The position numbers and the translations under genes were made by a program. Of a stretch of DNA of 40,183 nucleotides, positions 39,665-40,183 are shown piece by piece. The DNA is from Verrucomicrobiota bacterium (GTDB lineage Bacteria > Verrucomicrobiota > Lentisphaeria > Lentisphaerales > Lentisphaeraceae): contig JBDKFG010000044.1 of assembly GCA_039798785.1 (NCBI GenBank), forward strand, positions 1 to 40,183. The letters run 5' to 3'. A model generated the notes under the pieces. The model did not search any database. It had not been told where the DNA came from and was given only the letters and a program-made list of their open reading frames with translations. The first letter of the stretch is position 1. Each line of letters opens with the position of its first letter.

Positions 39665-39948
39665 GCCTCGCCGAAGAGCAGCGGCAGCTCCTCGCCGCCC
39701 TGCGCCGCGGCGAAGCTCCCGCCGGCCTCGATTCCGATGGCTTCGCCCTCGCCAGCCTCCTCGTCGCCAAGCTCCGGGTCGAACGCCTCTGCCGCGGCTG
39801 CCCCGAAGCCGAAGCCGCCCTCACCCAGGACCCCGCCGCCTTCCGCCAAAACTTTGACGCCTGGCACGCCGCCACCCCGATGCACAGCTTCTTCCCCAGC
39901 GAAGAAGCCAGTGCCTGGCGCCGCCAATCAGACGCCGGAAATCAGTAA
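39661..39948 (+). CDS. hypothetical small helical protein
   Basis: TTGA overlap with the antiporter stop, 95 aa. Confidence 0.6.
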   Translation: MSLAEEQRQLLAALRRGEAPAGLDSDGFALASLLVAKLRVERLCRGCPEAEAALTQDPAAFRQNFDAWHAATPMHSFFPSEEASAWRRQSDAGNQ

Positions 39949-40043
39949 GATCGTGCATCTGATTCAGGAAAATCCTTAATTTTCAAATCACTCTCCTCGC
40001 CTAATCTCTAGCAAGATCCGAGATTAATCCGAGGAAAATCCCT

Positions 40044-40183
40044 ATGTCCAGCGTCAGCGTCAGCCTCACCCGTCTCGAGCTCCTGACCTACGAGCCCTGC
40101 GCCCCCGAGAAGCACCCGATGTTCCTCGAGAAACGGGTCTACCAGGGCAGTTCGGGCAAGGTCTATCCGCTGCCCTTCACCGG
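40044..40183 (+). CDS. DUF5107-domain protein, 5-prime part (runs off the window)
   Basis: LLTYEP..PEKHPMFLEKRVYQGSSGKVYPLPFT, GAGG SD. Confidence 0.8.
   Translation, partial: MSSVSVSLTRLELLTYEPCAPEKHPMFLEKRVYQGSSGKVYPLPFT

Overview
High-GC bacterial chromosomal window, almost certainly from the PVC superphylum (it carries the PVC small basic signature protein and a prepilin/H-X9-DG protein; Lentisphaerae/Verrucomicrobia-like is my inference). Housekeeping or conserved genes: prkA-type AAA kinase, tRNA-Pro(GGG), PAS hybrid histidine kinase, pssA-like transferase, frr, PduO-type adenosyltransferase, uvrA, NAD-dependent epimerase, MetF-like reductase, O-antigen-ligase-like protein, queE, nadC, WecA-like GT4, cysteine desulfurase, RLAN-RimK ATP-grasp and a CPA2 antiporter. 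An accessory zone (about 10.3-24.5 kb) surrounds uvrA and contains orphan genes, rhuM, a RelE/ParE toxin-antitoxin pair and an AAA+PD-(D/E)XK protein, interleaved with REP-like palindromes and direct or inverted repeats. The most unusual items: (1) a full-length UvrA extended by a TfoX C-terminal-like domain and two AT-hooks; (2) a MoaD/ubiquitin-like protein ending in Ala-Cys instead of Gly-Gly; (3) a cargo gene bracketed by 39-bp inverted repeats that also enclose a deleted mini-copy of rhuM; (4) a TA pair nested in 17-bp and 65-bp direct repeats; (5) recurrent 7-10-nt tandem repeats just upstream of SD-less genes. No CRISPR array, integrase or transposase was seen. All family calls come from motif recognition by eye, not from database searches.
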